This document shows, one piece after another, positions 8,879-13,115 of a stretch of DNA of 13,115 nucleotides. Source of the stretch: Deltaproteobacteria bacterium (GTDB lineage Bacteria; Myxococcota_A; Polyangia; Haliangiales; Haliangiaceae); the NCBI GenBank assembly GCA_043741455.1, contig JAYUBH010000817.1:1-13115 (forward strand), written 5' to 3'. The translations under genes were made by a program, and so were the position numbers. The notes beneath the pieces are model-generated. The model was given only the letters and a program-made list of their open reading frames with translations, was not told where the DNA came from and ran no database searches. Position 1 is the stretch's first letter. Each line of letters begins with the position of its first letter.

Positions 8879-8995
8879 GAATCGATTCGCTGCGGGCTGG
8901 CAAATTACAGACCACCACGCGAGTGAAGTTCCGTGAACCCACGGTGATAAGGTTGTACGGCTCGACGAGGCGGCACTATCGTCGACGCATCTGGT
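8879..8995. promoter_or_regulatory. Lower-GC intergenic region upstream of the phosphorelay gene cluster.
   Basis: 117 bp at roughly 50% GC. It contains TTGTAC (8953-8958) followed about 17-18 nt later by cactatcgt (a weak -10-like sequence). A small hairpin ccgtg-aacc-cacgg lies near 8925-8938. Assignment is tentative. Confidence 0.3.
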
Positions 8996-10958
<1,963 letters not shown>

Positions 10959-10969
<11 letters not shown>

Positions 10970-11336
10970 GCCGATCCTGATCGTCGATGACAACCCGACG
11001 AACCTCAAGCTCGTCGCGTATCTCGTGCGCGCGAATGGCTACGAGGTCCACACCGCGATCGACGCCGATGCCGCGATCTCGGCGGTGCGCGCCTTCGCGC
11101 CGAAACTGATCCTGATGGATCTGCAGCTTCCCGGTGTGGATGGGCTCGAGCTCACGCGGAGGTTGAAGACGGATCCGGCGACCTGCGGCATCGTGATCAT
11201 TGCGCTGACCGCGTACGCTATGAAGGGCGATCAGGAGAGGGCGATGGCGGCGGGCTGCGATGACTACGTCACGAAGCCGATCGACACCCGGAAGTTGCCG
11301 GGCCTGATCGCGCGACACCTGGGGGCGGGCAAGTGA
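10959..11336 (+). CDS. Single-domain response regulator (CheY-like stand-alone receiver).
   Basis: Track ORF 10959..11336(+). GGAG lies 6 nt upstream of the ATG, which overlaps the HK 3' end by 11 nt. Receiver motifs are ILIVDDN, LILMDLQLPGVDG, ALTAY and VTKP. Stop is TGA at 11334-11336. Confidence 0.9.
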
Positions 11337-13115
11337 GTGAACACACGATCATGGTCGTCGACGACAACTCGGCGACCCGGCGGATGGTCCGCAACGCGCT
11401 CCAGCGCAGCGGGCACCACGTCATCGAGGCACCCGACGGCAAGACCGCGCGCGCGTTGATGAAGTCGGATCGCCCGCGCGTGGTGCTTCAGGATCTGATG
11501 CTCCCGGATGCCGACGGGTTCGTGCTCGTCGGCGAGCTGCGCGATATCGCCGGAGCGATGGATGTCTCGATCCTCGCGTTCTCGGGGTTCGTGTCGGAGC
11601 TCGACGAGGCCCGCGTCTCGCGTGTGGGCTTCGACGACATCATCGCGAAGCCGATCGCGCCCTCGCGCCTCGTGCCCCTGATCGAGGCGCACCTGCCCGC
11701 CGCCACGGCCACCGAGAGCGAGCGGTTCGGTGTCGGCCGGCGCGTCGTGATCGCCGATGACGACCCGATGCAGCGCAAGCTCGCGCAGTTCCGGCTCGGT
11801 CGGCTCGGCTTCGAGGTCGAGGCGGTCGCGGATGGTCGGGCCGCACTGGCCGCGATGCGGCGGTCGCTACCGGCGGTCGTGGTCTCCGATGTCATGATGC
11901 CGGAGCTCGACGGGTTCGGTCTCGCGATGGAGATGCGCAAGGATCCGACGCTGCGGCGCTTGCCGCTGTTGCTCATCACGTCGAGCTATGTCGAGGGACC
12001 GGATCGCGATCTCGCGCGTCGTGCGGGCGCGACGGATCTGGTGGCGCGCACGCCCGACCTCACCGAGCTCCTCGATGCGCTGCGCGTGGTACTCGATGAC
12101 GGCAAGCACCCAGACGTCGTCGCACCGGAGCACATGCCGGAGATCGAGGCCGAGCACAACCGGCGCGTGTTCCGGCAGCTCGAACGCCAGGTCTCGCTCA
12201 ACACCGGCCTCGCGAAGCGCTGTTCGGCGCTGGCCTCCGAGCTGACGGTCCTCACGGGAATCTCCGAGGCCGTGCTGATGCATAGCGACATCGGGGTCGC
12301 CCTCGACGACGCGCTCGCCGAGTGCTTCGACGCCGGAGGCATCGCGGTCGGTGCGCTGTACCTGATGACCGACGATGGACTCACGGTTCGCTCCATCGGC
12401 TCCGCGCATCCGCTCGGCACCACGGAGCAGCTCCTGACGCTGTTCGGCCGCGCGGCGCTGCTCGATGACGTGCTCGCCGGACGCGCGATCATGATCCCGA
12501 ACGACGTGGCAGCCGTGATCGCCGACGATCTGCTCGCTCGCACCAGCGCGAGCGCGCTCCTGCTCGTGCCGCTCATGCACCTCGGCAAGTCGCTGGGAGC
12601 GCTCCTCATGGCGACGCGCGCGCGCGCGATCGACCACGGCGATTGGCGCACGTTCGCCGCGGGGGTGGCAACGCAGATCACGCAGGCGCTCACGCTCGCG
12701 CGCGCGTACTCGGACCGCGAGGTCGCCGAGCGCAGCGCGACGCAGCAGGCCGCGCTGCTCAACGCGCTCGTCGAGAGCGCGCCCGACCTGATCGTGCAGG
12801 TCGATATCGACGGCACGATCCGCTTCACGAACGGTCCGATCCGCGGGAAGACGCCGGCCGAGCTGATCGGCGGCAGCTGGTTCGATCTGATCAGCGAGAC
12901 CGAGCGCGCGGCGTTCGAGTCGGTCGCGATCACCGACACGCCGACCGGCTACGAGACCCAGGGGCTGCTCGCGAAGCGGACCTATTCGATCCGCCTCGGA
13001 CCGGTGCGGCACAACGGCAAGGTGATCGCGATCGTCGTGGTGGCGCGCGACGTCACCGAGAAGAAGCAAGGCGAGATCCAGCTCATGCTCGCCGATCGAA
13101 TGGCGTCGGTCGGCA
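11333..13115 (+). CDS. Multidomain signalling protein REC - REC - GAF - PAS, with the 3' end beyond the window (probably a hybrid or atypical histidine kinase N-terminal region).
   Basis: Not in the ORF track because the frame (congruent to 2 mod 3) stays open to the window end. The putative GTG start at 11333 overlaps the previous stop (GTGA), giving MSEHTIMVVDDNSATRRMV; the alternative is ATG 11351. REC1 has VLQDLMLPDADG, ILAFSG and IAKP. REC2 has VIADDD, VVSDVMMPELDG and LLITSS. A GAF-like region (ISEAVLMHSD...LLLVPLMHLGKSLGALLMATRA) is followed by a PAS-like region (LIVQVDIDGTIRFTNGPIRGKTPAELIGGSWFDL...VVVARDVTEKK). Codon bias is consistent throughout. Confidence 0.85.
   Translation, partial: MSEHTIMVVDDNSATRRMVRNALQRSGHHVIEAPDGKTARALMKSDRPRVVLQDLMLPDADGFVLVGELRDIAGAMDVSILAFSGFVSELDEARVSRVGFDDIIAKPIAPSRLVPLIEAHLPAATATESERFGVGRRVVIADDDPMQRKLAQFRLGRLGFEVEAVADGRAALAAMRRSLPAVVVSDVMMPELDGFGLAMEMRKDPTLRRLPLLLITSSYVEGPDRDLARRAGATDLVARTPDLTELLDALRVVLDDGKHPDVVAPEHMPEIEAEHNRRVFRQLERQVSLNTGLAKRCSALASELTVLTGISEAVLMHSDIGVALDDALAECFDAGGIAVGALYLMTDDGLTVRSIGSAHPLGTTEQLLTLFGRAALLDDVLAGRAIMIPNDVAAVIADDLLARTSASALLLVPLMHLGKSLGALLMATRARAIDHGDWRTFAAGVATQITQALTLARAYSDREVAERSATQQAALLNALVESAPDLIVQVDIDGTIRFTNGPIRGKTPAELIGGSWFDLISETERAAFESVAITDTPTGYETQGLLAKRTYSIRLGPVRHNGKVIAIVVVARDVTEKKQGEIQLMLADRMASVG

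Noticed and set aside
11867-13069. 400-aa and 317-aa minus-strand ORFs at the 3' end
   Set aside because: Antisense to the REC-REC-GAF-PAS gene, which reads cleanly in the plus frame to the window edge.

Overview
This is a very GC-rich (about 70%) chromosomal window with extreme GC3 codon bias. The gene content (Ser/Thr kinase, FHA protein, lipoproteins, many two-component proteins) suggests a myxobacterium-like deltaproteobacterium; that taxonomic call is inference only. I support ten protein-coding genes and find no rRNA, tRNA, CRISPR or mobile-element signatures.

On the minus strand there is a tightly packed three-gene operon: an orphan type-1 periplasmic-binding-protein lipoprotein, a Cys-rich membrane protein with two TM segments, and a cytoplasmic Ser/Thr kinase fused to a STAND-like P-loop NTPase that runs off the 5' edge of the window. 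Upstream of that operon on the same strand is a lipoprotein c-type cytochrome whose Gly/Ser/Ala-rich linker is encoded by 24-bp tandem DNA repeats.

On the plus strand the genes are, in order:
- a tandem-FHA protein
- a full-length homologue of the eukaryotic major vault protein (MVP: N-terminal vault repeats, SPFH-like shoulder, cap-helix coiled coil, cap-ring)
- an alpha/beta hydrolase starting 11 nt after the MVP stop
- a translationally coupled phosphorelay: a hybrid histidine kinase (REC-PAS-HisKA-HATPase-REC), a stand-alone CheY-like receiver, and a REC-REC-GAF-PAS protein that runs off the 3' end

The most interesting element is the bacterial vault-shell gene together with its tightly linked FHA and hydrolase neighbours. 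Nearly all other long ORFs in the six-frame track are Arg/Ala-rich antisense or off-frame shadows of these genes, as expected for high-GC DNA.
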